From contig CBFFRP010000041.1 of NCBI GenBank assembly GCA_965644295.1, forward strand, positions 1 to 64,000: a stretch of 64,000 nucleotides of DNA, in the 5' to 3' direction. Origin of the DNA: Paraphysomonas bandaiensis (taxonomy: Eukaryota; Protista; Chrysophyceae). The translations under genes were made by a program, and so were the position numbers. The notes beneath the pieces are model-generated. The model ran no database searches, was not told where the DNA came from, and was given only the letters and a program-made list of their open reading frames with translations. Shown here piece after piece: positions 37,728 to 50,837 of this stretch (the stretch's first letter is position 1; each line of letters opens with the position of its first letter).

Positions 37728-39631
37728 ATGGAATCTACTATAGAAAATGGTACAAAGAGAAAGCGTCGAAGTAAATTTGATATCCCTCCTGAACAAATGC
37801 CACAGGTGAGAGTTGTGTATGTATATGTGTATGTATGTATGTGTGTATGTATGTATAGTTCCCTCTTCACTGCTACTGTAATAACACTATGAATATTTTC
37901 AGTTTGCTACTACTATTTCTACCGGGGATTCAGATAGCGGAATAGTTAAACGAAAGAGTAACTTTGATGTTCCTCCTGATTCCATTAACTCACTTGCTGC
38001 TGATAACTTTCTGAAATTTGCTATGACACCGTCTTTAATGCAAGATCAATTTGAAGGTGTGTATGTAAAGGATGAAGCGTATGAGGAAAAATTAAAAAAG
38101 GGACTTCAGAAGAATTTCGAATATATTCGGAGGTTTTCATTGTTTTCTATAAGATTTTGTGTTTGATCCAGTGGACAGGAAGGATAGGCTTGCGCTGAAT
38201 CCAGCTGCGGCACCTGTATCTAATGTAACCGGTACAAGTGTATTTGGCTTCAGTGCACAGACTGTTGCACCGAAGAAGGCGTCATCTGTTCCGAGTTCTA
38301 AGTCAGGTGAGTGAATTCATATCAAACTACAGTGAACGTAATTATATTTCAGGGATTGGGGCCGTAAACCAAATAAATCGACAGAGGCAGGAGATGAACA
38401 GCATATATGTAGCAGGCCTGCCTAAAGATATGACAGAGTCTGATTTGGGTAAGCAGCGTGTGGGTGCCCATCGTAGTGTGGTGTGTCTATTGGTTGTTGC
38501 TGTGAGTGTGTATTACATTGACTCCTGGGCATCACTCCATTCGTATACAAGCAAGATGATTAACAGTTTATGTCTCCAACTGCTCCATACAAACCTTTGC
38601 TTTCTCCTCTTGGGATGATCAGAGATCCTGTTTTCTGTACATGGGAAACTCAAGCGCGTGAAGATGTACACCCATCCGGATGGTAGCCGCAAAGGGGATG
38701 CACTGATAACATTCAACCGGCCAGAGGCCGTTAGAGTGGCCTGTCACCAGGTGTCTTATTATGTATATAGAGTAATTGAGCCTTGAATATTGAACTATAT
38801 GGTGCTGGGTATTATGTGACTACTGTCGTTACAGTACAATGGTCGCGATATTGGCGGTGGGTACATTCTGTCGGTGTCTCGTGCCGACTTTGGGGCGTCA
38901 GATACTTCCAGTGCCCCTGCTAATGCAAAGTCCGGCGGAGTGAACGATAACAATAGTGCTGCTGTCAACTTTGACCAAGGCGAACATTTACAAAGTATCC
39001 AGCAGAGTGACTGTAGTAACACAGTCACGGACAGTATTGAAGCCGTTGTCCAAGCCTTACCGCAGGAGTCTGAGGGAGGTGTATGGCCGATTGCCCTTTT
39101 GCGCAATGTATATGATCCTATGGATCCTAACATTACAGCCGAGTTCTTCATTGACCTGGAGGTATAGCGGCACTGTAGAGTCATTCCATTTCGTACCTGT
39201 TAATTGTATTTCATATCTGTGCCTGATGCGTGGCAAATACGCTGTGTATGACTTTTGTACAGTACTGATTAGACAATCTGTCGGTAATGTAGGCGGACCT
39301 GTTGGAGGAGTGTTGTAAAATGGGTCGTGTGCGTACTCTCACAACACCTGACCACCCCTCGCTAGTTGGGTCTGTCGCTGTAACGTTCCAGGAAGAGTCC
39401 GCGGCGAGGACATGTTTTGTTAAGCTGAATAATAGGAGCTTTGATGGCAGACTGGTAAATGTCCAGCTTCTACTCTCGAGCGGTAGTACAGTTATAGAAA
39501 AACAACCGGAACCTGCAGCTGCGGAGTCGATTGCGGTACAAAGTAGTATAACTCTACAGGATTCCGTGCCTGCAGAAGTTGTGGAAGAGGCTGCGCAAGA
39601 CGTTGAAAACTTTTTAAATAGTTTGTTATGA
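37728..39631 (+). CDS. HTATSF1: RRM + UHM splicing factor, HTATSF1/CUS2-like
   Basis: SIYVAGLPKDMTE..VKMYTHPDGSRKGDALITF (RRM1); LLRNVYDP..FFIDLEADLLEECCKMGRV..LNNRSFDGR (UHM-type RRM2). Confidence 0.75.
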
Positions 39632-40089
39632 TATATATGTCCTTCCCGCGTGGTAGCAACGTAGTGTTGTATGACGTAGCTACTGTAGTAAATAACATAT
39701 TGGTAGAGCACTATCAGAGTGGGAGTCGATACGTTTACGCGACTCATACGTTTATAGCAAACAACGAAGTTCTGTGGGCATTACGCACACGAGATGGTCT
39801 CTACAGCAAACATCATGAAAGCAACTAAAATAAAATATTAATTCAAACGTATTACATGGGCATTTGCCGGATACCTTTTCAAACACCATCACTTATCTTC
39901 GTTCCCGATTATTATACTGCAGTACACAATAATATCAACATATTTACAAAAACAATTTACTAGCCATCACATCTTTCCAGTCTATTTATACGTATATATA
40001 TATCATAAGCAGACATTTCAAGTGGTTTAGAGTTTAAAGCAATGACTGGACGGACTCGCTCACACATCTCTCATGGATGATGATGTGTG

Positions 40090-40550
40090 CCCTCAACAAA
40101 GTCGGACTCTCACCTTTTTGGGGGATAAGTACCGGAGAAATATCTCCGATAAACTAATATGAGCCGTATATATAGTCAACAGATCGTTTCCTGCCCACTC
40201 ATATTCTAATACTTGTGTGGTACAAGAGACATCAATTAGTGTCACCTGCTGTGTAGACATCTTTGCGCCCTGACGAAAAAAAAACACAGGCATCGGGGAA
40301 AGGGCCCACCTCAAGTGCATCCGGGGTATTGGGCTGTCTGCTGAAGTAAAGCATCCGGGTGTTCATCTTAAGTACTTAGAAATCCTGAAGATAGCAAATG
40401 TCATGTATATCAATATTCTGCTTGCTCACTGAGTTTGCTTTGAGTGACAGAGCAAATGCGGTTGCGCCTTGGTGCTTGCGGTGACTCTTAGTAGGATATC
40501 AGAGTTAAGCATTGACTCTTAAACGCATATTGCTAATATAATAAGACATT
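40090..40550. repeat. Dispersed GC-richer structured repeat, copy A
   Basis: Homologous to 50838-51335, with a shared start ccctcaacaaag. Confidence 0.8.
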
Positions 40551-41369
40551 CACCACTGCTGATGTGTGGCATTTCTTATCATTGATTGTCATTCACTATT
40601 AGTATATTTCAGATTGTCTACCCTAGTTCATATAATACTGTCCTCAACTACTGCACTTATCTATAATAATATCACAATACGTAATTGTTACAAGGATTTG
40701 TGACAATATAGTACACCAAAATACAAATAATGTCATTCATCATTCACTGAATTTTCATTGTGGTGTACTTCAATATAGTGACATGTCCTTAATATCTTAA
40801 TATAAATGCATTGTTCTTAAAGTATGAAAAAGAGAGAAATGTAACCGCGCTTCTAGATTCGTGGAGCTGGATTAAGAGAAGACTACTCTAATACAACTGT
40901 AATGAATTTCAATACAACAACAGCTATAAGGCAGTATTTGCTTTTTTCTGAGTGTAGTCTATCACACTCAGTACTTAGAACATGTAAGACGATTTAGTTA
41001 GTTCAAACTTCAATATATATGCAGTGTCAGTGCGCTGAATTCATGAAATTGGAATGCGTACATGCATGCACTAATGGTCACAATTTTATCTATAATAATA
41101 TAGAGAAATTTCCATGTTCACAGAGCAATTATACGATAGTTGAATTAATATATCTTCCTCAGTAGCATTATAAACATTAAGCAATACAGAATTCCACCAT
41201 TTTTACCGACATCTTATACAGATACAACACAAAAATATAACAATATTTACAAAACAAACGCTTTGTGAGTAGCTATTCTACTTTGAGGTCAATCCGAATT
41301 TGAAACGAACGAATCGCATATGCACTCATACAGCAAGAGATTCCATTTTTAGACTGTATACCCCAGAAT

Positions 41370-42599
41370 CTACTTTGTTTTGCCAAGTAGAGTATATACT
41401 GACAAAAGAATATCATTGGCGAGACCAACGCACATATCTCTTGTGGAAAAAACTTCCTTTGCGATGACATTGGTTTCCGGCCAAGAAAGAGCCGGTAAAT
41501 CGTAAGCGCCCGCTTCCATACTAACGCTGAGGCCTCTTAGCTTTTGTAGAGTAGGACAATTGGCGAGTATATCCAGACGGTTATGAAAAAAAGCTGTCTC
41601 GATGACAACAATTCCAAGTGCCACCATGGCCTGCATATACTGGAGAGTAACCCCAGAAGGTGGGTGAGAATCCGCGCACTGAAGACGCAACGTTTCAGGA
41701 AGGGTCGATGATGATGACTTCGAGCTACTGGGAATCTTACGAATCAGAACTGAACGCCACCGGAGGGGAACGAGGCTATAGGTATAGGGATAGGACGTAC
41801 AATCCTCCAGAAGCATTGCATATTCATTGTGGAAACCTAAAAGAGCACAGCATAATGTCGACCACGCAGTGCATATTTCAGCCCAGTTTAAGTTGCCTTC
41901 ACTTTGCGGACAATAACACGCGCGCAGCCCATTAACACTAAGAACCATAGGACGTATAGAGGAAGACAGTGATGCCGACGATTCTGTAAGCACAGGAGCC
42001 CACTGAAAACAGTACAAAGGGATGCCTCGTTGAGTAGTCAAGATATCCAATTCTCGCTCAGCATTAGCAGTAACGCTAAGAAGTTGGCAAAGATCTTCAG
42101 CAGTTTCAATATACTCATAGTCTAAATTATTCATTTCACTATACAGTGACTGTATTTCCCTCTCTATATCGGCCTCCTCATCCACCAGAGAAGACATTTG
42201 CTCCATACACTCATTATCTTGAGCAACCATAGCATCATACTCTTCCTCCAAGTCAAGAATTTCTTCAATCAACTTCTCCACATCAGCTGTAGAATAACTC
42301 TCTGAATTTTGACTGAGATGCCACTCAGAGAGAGAGATCTCTTTCCTTGAATCATTATATTTCTCTGAAGTAGTTTCAGTATGCTCAAGAGTGACATTTA
42401 ACGCATAAGAGAAATCATCTAAACATCTCTGACATAAATGACTTATATCTCCAGTGTTTTTATAGACTATATTGCGATATATGTCTTGTCTCTTGCCTCT
42501 ACTGATGGGACAACCAGGACGATCATCTGAGCTTGTTTTAACTGTACTATCAGCTAAGATTTCATAGAATGATTCACCAAGTGTACAAGATGCTTCCAT
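41370..42599 (-). CDS. ATG6: Divergent Atg6/Beclin-1-like protein (intronless)
   Basis: LCQRC motif, acidic coiled coil, and SVNGLR......LNWAEICTAWSTLCCALL matching the Beclin ECD pattern TINNFRLG....VEWNEINAAWGQTVLLL. Confidence 0.7.
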   Translation of the reverse strand: MEASCTLGESFYEILADSTVKTSSDDRPGCPISRGKRQDIYRNIVYKNTGDISHLCQRCLDDFSYALNVTLEHTETTSEKYNDSRKEISLSEWHLSQNSESYSTADVEKLIEEILDLEEEYDAMVAQDNECMEQMSSLVDEEADIEREIQSLYSEMNNLDYEYIETAEDLCQLLSVTANAERELDILTTQRGIPLYCFQWAPVLTESSASLSSSIRPMVLSVNGLRACYCPQSEGNLNWAEICTAWSTLCCALLGFHNEYAMLLEDCTSYPYTYSLVPLRWRSVLIRKIPSSSKSSSSTLPETLRLQCADSHPPSGVTLQYMQAMVALGIVVIETAFFHNRLDILANCPTLQKLRGLSVSMEAGAYDLPALSWPETNVIAKEVFSTRDMCVGLANDILLSVYTLLGKTK

Positions 42600-43171
42600 G
42601 TGTATATTAATATATCAGTATATCGATTCTTTGTGTTATATATATATGAGTATTCATCATATGGAATTATCCTTAAGAATAATCCACATCACACTCCATA
42701 TGGAAACTACTGTACAGACACTGTACTTTGGGGGTATGCTATATTTGGCTAAAAATCCAGTTTGTTTTGTTGTATTTTGGTTTTTAGTTTTTGAACAATG
42801 AAAAAAGCTGATTTTTTTGCTGTACTATCTACACAGTATGTACTGTATATAATATATAATTCTAGAATTCAAGGCAAATGCTCGAAAAATCTAGGAAACC
42901 ATCATAAATAGCGGGAATTTTGAATTTTACAAATATCGTCATGTAAAATCCCATACCTACCAGCAGATACAGTATCTCTAGCAAATATTGGAATGAACAA
43001 TATTGATTTCTACATTTATTTTATACTGTCATTTGTATACAAAATAAATTGAAACATCAAAATATAAACACTCCCTCGTATACATACATACATTATGAGC
43101 GATCTGTTACATGATATATTGCTCCAATACACTCCATAATCATTTAATATAACTATAAGAATTATTCATCA

Positions 43172-43878
43172 ATGATTCGATTGAAGAAAGATAAGAAACA
43201 AGACCAGAAACCGTCTGCAAAGGAATCAAATAATTCAGATCAGGCGGATGCGTCTGCTGATGCTAAACCAGACAATACAACTAACGGGGAGTTAAAGTTA
43301 CTTGGTATTGGAGGCCGTGCAGCAAAGCAGGAAGGGGCTAAAGTATCAGGAAAAAAACGAACACCAGGAGAAATTCGTGTGCAGAAAGATATTGCCGATC
43401 TTGACAGCGGCAGAATAGCGACAGTGACGTTTCCTAATCCAAACGACTTAACATTCTTTAATGTCAGTGTTTCCCCAGACACGGGTATATGGCAAGGAGC
43501 AAAGTACGATTTTACGTTTGAAATACCACCGGGATATCCACACGAGCCTCCAAAAGTTGTTTGTCAGACTAAAATATATCATCCCAATATTGACTTGCAA
43601 GGGAAAGTGTGTCTAAACATCTTAAGAGAGGACTGGAAACCTGTGTTGGACGTGAATGCTGTGATATATGGTGTAATATATCTATTTTATGAACCTAATC
43701 CAGATGATCCACTAAATCGAGAGGCAGCTGATTTGTTCCGTACTGATAGTGAACAGGTATTTTCTCGTAGTGCTTATTATATATTGATATTGTAACATGA
43801 CTGCAGTTTAAGAGAGTTGTAAGGAGAACGTTGCAAGGTTATTCTCATGCTGGTGAATCATTTCCGAGACTAATTTAA
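43172..43878 (+). CDS. UBC12: NEDD8-conjugating enzyme Ubc12
   Basis: MIRL N-terminus, EIRVQKDI, YPHEPPKV.C.TKIYHPNIDLQGKVCLNILREDWKPVL, EPNPDDPLNREAA; one intron near the 3' end. Confidence 0.95.
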
Positions 43879-44326
43879 TGGGCGAACCTGCTTTATCAAT
43901 CAGATGTACTATTTGCGATGACATGATTTTTATAACTACTCTACTATTAATAATAATAGAAATGCATGTACGGTGTATGAGATCTCATCCTTGCGCACGC
44001 TTGTCTCTATTTTGGCTGCTGCTTTATGTGAACAAGGAAAAGGTAGAGACCCTAGGAGAGTACCTTGCTGGTGGGTTTTGTGTCTATTCAACAAGTGTAC
44101 GCAGCAAAACTAGCTAGTCTTAGTACGGGAATTACTGACTCAAGCTTCCTTAGTGAAAGTACGAGAAGTATGTGGACGAGTTCACTATATATAGCTTTCC
44201 GCTTAGTTGAGCTTACGGCTTACATCTGGCATATTTCATACACACTAGACACAGTAAATTTTCAATATTATTATTGTTGCACGAAACCACTCGTAGTAGC
44301 ATTAAATGCAACACTACCCCCAGGTA

Positions 44327-45844
44327 TTAACTGGAAATGTTTTTATTCTGCCTAATACTAGCAAAGGATGCGACTGGCATCCTCCTGGATCTCTTTTTAA
44401 CGACGGCTGGAACAAGAGAAGGAAACCGGGAAAATCTAAGAGAATGCACGAATCCAAGTGCACATGTAAGAAGGGCTAGAGATCCCGCCTACATAAAGAA
44501 CACATTGTTGTTAATGGTTCAAAATAAAAATACATTTGCATACCTGATGAGCAGCTGCTAGTGGAATGGGAACATACATAAGTAGGGTGGAAATACCCAG
44601 TCCGACCTGCACCCCAGCCATACCAGCCAATGCATGGCCCGCATACCTTGCGAGGGCAGGCATAGCTTTCCACATCTCTCGAGCACCGAGAGCTCTAACG
44701 TACATTGTGCAGATGGCGAAATAGGTTGAGAGTGCCAAAACGCGATGGTCGAACTGAACGGTTGCAGTGTTCTCGAAGAAATTCCTCCATAGGGGTTCCA
44801 TGTCAAGAATTTCGTAAGGAACGTATGTATCACCCATCTCAGGGAAAGTATTATAAGCGCGACCGGCGTCATTTCCAGCAACGAAGGCACCAGACATAGC
44901 GGTAATGCCCACTAGTGCGGCATTTATAACAGCAAACCGGCGAGTTTTTGCCGCCACTTTTAGGATGTCAGCTGGAATGGCCTCAGCTACTGACTTTGCC
45001 TTACTAATAGGAAATAAAATATCCAAGCCCGTCCATAAAAGCAGCCCATAGGTTGTGAAGGCCATTCCTAAGTGAGTAGCGAGTCGATATGGACTCACTC
45101 GAATCTCTTTTTTCTGCTCCGGATCCACCTCTAACCCAGACTTGACCATCCACCACCCAATCAAGCCCTAGGCACACGCACAGTAACATATCTCTAAATA
45201 TTAACATCGTGTACACACCTGTGCACCTCCAAGACCCAACAACCCGAACAGGCGAGGATACAGTGATCGTGGAATCATACCTCGGATTGAAAAATATGCC
45301 ATTGGGCCGATGAAAAATAGCCCCAGTGATCTACCAAACATTCTGTGGCCATATTCCCAAAAATATATACTTTTAAACTCTTCAATATCCATACTCTTTC
45401 GTTGATTCCATTCAGGAAATTGCTTGTATCGATCAAACTCTTTCTGCCACTCTTCATCATTCATAGGAGGCAGACTACCCTGCATATAGTCGTATTTCAC
45501 ACTCAAAATATTCCTATTTCCAATATATTAACCTGAAGCTTCCAGTCTGTCATGGATAAACCGGACTTAGTAAGTCGTGTAACTCCTCCAACAGTCACCA
45601 TCCCTGCAACCAATCCTCCCATACCGAGCAACCAATATCCTACAGCAGGACTGACTTCATTCGCTTGAGCCGGTGTAGCTTGTGATGAGAACTATATCAA
45701 TAATGTAAATCTCTCCTAGTGAGATAATATACACACTGTTACCTTATTCACCCACACACTTCTACATTTGCTCCATGACTGCTTAGCTACCTATACACAT
45801 GTAAGAACACGAGACACTAGCGTCATTCATACCCTGAATATCAT
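44327..45844 (-). CDS. COX15: Heme A synthase COX15
   Basis: [75 protein letters not shown]. Confidence 0.96.
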
Positions 45845-46090
45845 CGATAAATCCTTTTCTGCTATAACAGATTATTCAGTTTGTAGTAATCTATTAATAG
45901 CCGGACAATTATGCACTGCTATTACCCTTATCAATAAGTGGTATGACGACCTCAAGTGTGTATATATTTCTAGACTAGGAAGCCTAGACATCATACAGGC
46001 AGCCAGAGTATATGTATGTACACTGTATATTCCACTGCTCTCGACATACGTACAGGAGGAGCATGTGTATCTGGATGTGTGTACCAACAA

Positions 46091-46159
46091 TCTCTGCAGT
46101 CAAATAATCCATATTTGGGATTTTTCTCTGCAGTCAAATAATCCATATTTGGGATTTTT
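46091..46159. repeat. Tandem duplication, 2 x 34 bp
   Basis: tctctgcagtcaaataatccatatttgggatttt repeated twice. Confidence 0.9.
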
Positions 46160-46783
46160 CTAGGGTTTAGGGATTTTAGTGGATGATAAATGCCAAAATC
46201 TAGGTACCTAAAAATCTAGGTATTTATTCAGGATTGTCTACCGAAATGTACAGTAAATACGTAATAATAGCATTAAATATCTTCGAAAACATGGATTTTA
46301 TGTGGTACATTGTCCATGGACAGAGTTTGTACGGCCGGAAGGCACATAGAATTCGATAACTATAATAAGGCAGTCACCCAGTGATAACTTACCAGATCTG
46401 AAGGACTCTCTCACTTCCGTGTGTATGTTACAATGTGTGTAGAGACCTGAAATATACTAATACAGTGGAACGGTATCATAAGTGTGAGAGACTTCTTGTA
46501 ACAGATATATGTAGAGTATATGGAAGCATTGATATCACTAGGAAGGAGATTAGAGAGTCGGGTAGCAATTATTTACTGTCTGTTTCATTGTCACCTTATC
46601 GATATATGATTTAATGTTTATATTATCGAAATTTAGATATAATGCATGTATCAACAAATACATCTGATTTCGAACAAACAATCCCAATCTAGGAAAGATA
46701 TGGAACACCTGCAAATTGCTACGAAAAAATTGATGTGATGCTAACACATGGCAATAGCGACAGTCCTTGCGATTGCGTTGCAA

Positions 46784-47573
46784 GTAAGTTTCGGCTGGCG
46801 GAATTGGTTCCACTCTGATAACAGGTAGCAGTCGTGGTGTACACTAACCGACAGGCTTACTGGATCGAGCGGGAATAAGAAAATCCCTCATCACTATGTT
46901 ATGGGACATATAATACTGGCTTTCACAGCAACTGGTTTTGCTTCAACAAAGAAAGAAAGTAGGATGACCTTGAGAGTTTGGGTGATTCTTGCGTTATTGG
47001 ACAAAAAGCGAATTATAGGGGAATCAGTCGAAGAAAACGTAAAAAAAGCGATGGAAGATGAGGAGACGGAAATGACGTTACGGAATTAGAAAACAACCAA
47101 TGATACCGTTTACAGTCTAATTGGGGTGTATCAACAAAACAGTCTTTCTCTGCATATGGGTGTAGTGGTGTGGTGTGAGTAAGTTTCGGCTGGCGGAATT
47201 GGTTCCACTCTGATAACAGGTAGCAGTCGTGGTGTACACTAACCGACAGGCTTACTGGATCGAGCGGGAATAAGAAAATCCCTCATCACTATGTTATGGG
47301 ACATATAATACTGGCTTTCACAGCAACTGGTTTTGCTTCAACAAAGAAAGAAAGTAGGATGACCTTGAGAGTTTGGGTGATTCTTGCGTTATTGGACAAA
47401 ACGCGAATTATAGGGGAATCAGTCGAAGAAAACGTAAAAAAAGCGATGGAAGATGAGGAGACGGAAATGACGTTACGGAATTAGAAAACAACCAATGATA
47501 CCGTTTACAGTCTAATTGGGGTGTATCAACAAAACAGTCTTTCTCTGCATATGGGTGTAGTGGTGTGGTGTGA
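46784..47573. repeat. Tandem duplication, 2 x 395 bp
   Basis: 46784-47178 and 47179-47573; one substitution seen (aaaaag vs aaaacg). Confidence 0.96.
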
Positions 47574-48263
47574 GGAGTGAGACGTACTACTACTACTAAT
47601 AAATTAACAATCAACATTATAACTTCCTGTGGTTGCGTTAAGCCGGTATACCGGCCTAGCACAATTAACTAGCCTCATCTTATGATTCACTGCTGTCCTC
47701 TTTATCAAATCTATCAATATATATATAATATGTATTATATATAGTCTATTGTTTATAATAGGAGTATTGTCTCTTGTAAAAATCGATCGCAGGGCGATAT
47801 AGCCTCCTAATAACCCATGGTCAACTATAACTATACGCTATACATATATTCCTACTATCCTACACAGCTATGACAGACCACAGCCCACCAAATATGTGAT
47901 CGCTCACTCCGTATTTTGTGTCTACACACAACAGCACTGGCGAGGTGGGTACAGGAGCAGAAATGCTGTCGATCCAAAGTTGTTGACTTCTCCTGTCATC
48001 ATCATCACTGTGTGAGACATCTGGTTTAACTATATTACTTACTAAATTTTGATAGTTTCCCTACTAGCTAAAATATTTGGTAGTTCACCCACAAAGCTTG
48101 ATATTACTGGTACATCATACTTCACTATATTCACAAGACTAAATGAATACATCACCATAAGGAATAGGGGCGTATCTCCCCATCCTCACAAGCAATGCTA
48201 AATTTTTCAACAATAAAAACAAGATTAAAAATTACGATAATTGATGCTTGCTACAAAAAAACA

Positions 48264-48701
48264 TTAAACAGCCATTTCCTCAACTGGGCGGACAACGAGG
48301 TCGATTTCATCCTCCCATGTATCACCCACGCATATATCGCCATGTCCACAGCACTCGTACCTCTCCATCAAAGTGATCTTCTTATTCTCAGCTGCCTCTT
48401 TGGTGCCATACACTCCAATCACCCGCAGAGATTTCTGTTTCCAATTTCTTCCCTGTCCCTTACCAGCTCCACAGATCCAGAGAAGGACATGTGGAGTGTC
48501 TTTCTTTGGTACTTTCTTGGGTACTCTCTTTGCAGCCGGTGCAGTTGTAGCAGCACGAGGAGCTGTGGTTGTTGCAGGACGAGAAGTGACAGCCGCAGGC
48601 GGAGGGGCTGTGGTAGTCGCAGATGAAATGGATTCGATTTGGCGCTTCCCTGTAACCGAAGAAGGGACTGTTAAATCAATAAATTCGTGGTTACTACTCA
48701 T
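48264..48701 (-). CDS. Hypothetical 145-aa protein
   Basis: Single ORF with an A/T/P-rich linker and a compact C-terminal domain (VIGVYGTKEAAE). Confidence 0.7.
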   Translation of the reverse strand: MSSNHEFIDLTVPSSVTGKRQIESISSATTTAPPPAAVTSRPATTTAPRAATTAPAAKRVPKKVPKKDTPHVLLWICGAGKGQGRNWKQKSLRVIGVYGTKEAAENKKITLMERYECCGHGDICVGDTWEDEIDLVVRPVEEMAV

Positions 48702-48870
48702 CCTTCAGCACAGTGAACACTATACAACACTCTGTTCTCAGCTTCGTCTCTTATGCATGCTTCACTCTTGTATCAGTGAGGTATTTGAATTTTAAAGAAC
48801 AAAAAAGTGGTGTGTGAATGTACTGCTGTACGTATGGTATACCGGTACACTGTATACTATTGTCTAAAAA

Positions 48871-48892
48871 ATATGGTAAAAAAAAACAAAAA
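48871..48892 (-). terminator. Pol III oligo-T terminator of the 5S gene
   Basis: T5-G-T9 runs on the minus strand directly after the 5S 3' end. Confidence 0.8.
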
Positions 48893-49010
48893 CGGACAGT
48901 ACCCGGACTTCGCACGTGGTCACCCACCGTACTACTAACCGGGCCAGATGCAACTTAACTTCCGCGAGCGGAACGAGAGCGGGTGCGGTTTGCATTGTAT
49001 GACCGTCCAT
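48892..49010 (-). rRNA. 5S rRNA gene (solitary)
   Basis: Minus strand reads TGGACGGTCATAC..CACCCGCTCTCGTTCCGCTCGCGGAAGTTAAG..GGCCCGGTTAGTAGTACGGTGGGTGACCACGTGCGAAGTCCGGGTACTGTCCG. Length ~119 nt, paired ends, box A/C-like internal promoter, downstream oligo-T. Confidence 0.95.
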
Positions 49011-49408
49011 ACCGAGTAGACCAGTTTTGTGTTATAGAAATACAATACCGAATATGCATATCTTTGTAGGTGTTTTTGTGTATAGTTCCGTATACTGTTG
49101 GATATATACACATACAGTACATACACATATACACACCTGTAGATTAGGTGTAGGTGTATGTATGCTGTGTATGTATGTGCATCTACAACGTAGATACGTA
49201 GATTGCATAGAGAGCAGAGTTTATATATTGCAGTGTTGTGCATTGCATGTGTTCCATATACTCTTAGATGCATCATTTTATTTAAGGACCTCGAAATCTA
49301 ACCAGTGAAACACACTACACCAGACACTACTTGCTTTGTTTACTGCATATCTATCTTATATCAACTCCATCATAACCAGACACAGTACTATACAATAACA
49401 TACTAACA

Positions 49409-50165
49409 ATGAAATCACCTCTACTCACTAGGAGACTGGCTTGTATTTGTATAGGAAGACTCTCTGGTCCATGTATTGTTGCATCTGCCAGTACAGGAAA
49501 TGATACACAGCATGTTTTATCTGATGCTCAGAAGGAGATATATGCAATTGCCGGAGATGGTTCCATAGAACTCCAGTCTCATTCGAACTTTTCATGTGGA
49601 AACAATTATACCTGCCATTATAATGTGGACAGTGATGGAATTATTATTGCTGTTGTTGCTGATTTAAAATATCCTCCACGAGTTGCGTTCAGTATGGTGG
49701 ATGAGGTGAAGTCTGCATTCATGGAACAGTACCAAGATCGAATATTTGAAGTTGGTCAGCATGAATTAGATGTTTCCGCCCACTCCATGCTCACATCATT
49801 TTTGGACAAGTACGAAGATTTAGAGAGTATTGACGCTATCTCCAGTGCACAACAAAAGTTAGAAGCTGTTAAAGGGACAATGTCTGAAAATATTACTCTC
49901 TCTCTCCAGAACCTTGACAGAACTGATAAAGTAATGACTATGGCAGAAGATATGAATAAGGATGCTATGGTTTTTAAAAGAAACGCGAAGACATTGCGTG
50001 AAAGAGTATGTTGCAGAGCATATAAGGTTAATTTCACATTGCTTTATACTTATTTCCTGACACGTATGTTTACAGTGGACTGTAATTGTGGTCTTGGTTG
50101 TGCTGTGTATACTGGGGGCAATAGTTGGACTCATACTTTATTTTGCTGACTCCTCAAAGAAGTAA
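49409..50165 (+). CDS. Longin-domain R-SNARE (VAMP7-like)
   Basis: Longin motif ADLKYPPRVAFSMVDEV; synaptobrevin motif ISSAQQKLEAVKGTMSENI....NLDR..A..FKRNAKTLR; C-terminal TM helix in exon 2. Confidence 0.85.
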
Positions 50166-50837
50166 ATCATTTTCACACATATCGGGTTCAATTATCAATT
50201 TCAGGGCTTGTAAGAGCTTGCAGTAGGTGTATATTGGCTTTCCATATTATGTAATTGCTTTACGTAGACGTAAACTATGACTGTGGTAATAGACATGGAA
50301 GTATTAAAATATAGTAATGATTCAAATTTGTATTGTTTTTGTCATATTTAGAGTTGAGTAACTGCATATGATGGGGTACAGCATAGAGCATAGGATTGTA
50401 TTTTGTATTTAGGCACACACAAGAGTGAATAAAGAATTGATCTTAGTAATAATAAATCAATGTTGAGATTATTAGAGTGTAAAGTGTGTTGGAAATTGCT
50501 CATTATTCACTAGATCACAGAGAGAATTTTGTCGTAAGACTAAATAGATTTATTAATATCGTTTACACGAATTGTGATAAACAACACTAACTCATTTTGT
50601 CCCACCCATAATATCCTACATATGCGAACCTCTCGATACTAAACATATCTTGAAAGATCAAACTATTTCAGTTTCTCAATATCATCACAGCATTTCTACA
50701 TCACTATATTTCACTGTATTTTGTACATTGTCTTCAAGTGACATACTGAATATACTAGAATAAGATCCATATTCTAATAAAGTGATGAACACAGGGCAGT
50801 GAGAATTATGAATAAAAATATAAAACATAACTATCAT

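Noticed and set aside
46160-46175. Telomere-like TAGGGTTTAGGG
   Set aside because: Under two units; could be chance or a promoter motif.
46901-47484. 62-aa ORFs in the 395-bp duplication
   Set aside because: Short, no motif, other frames interrupted by stops; not supportable as genes.
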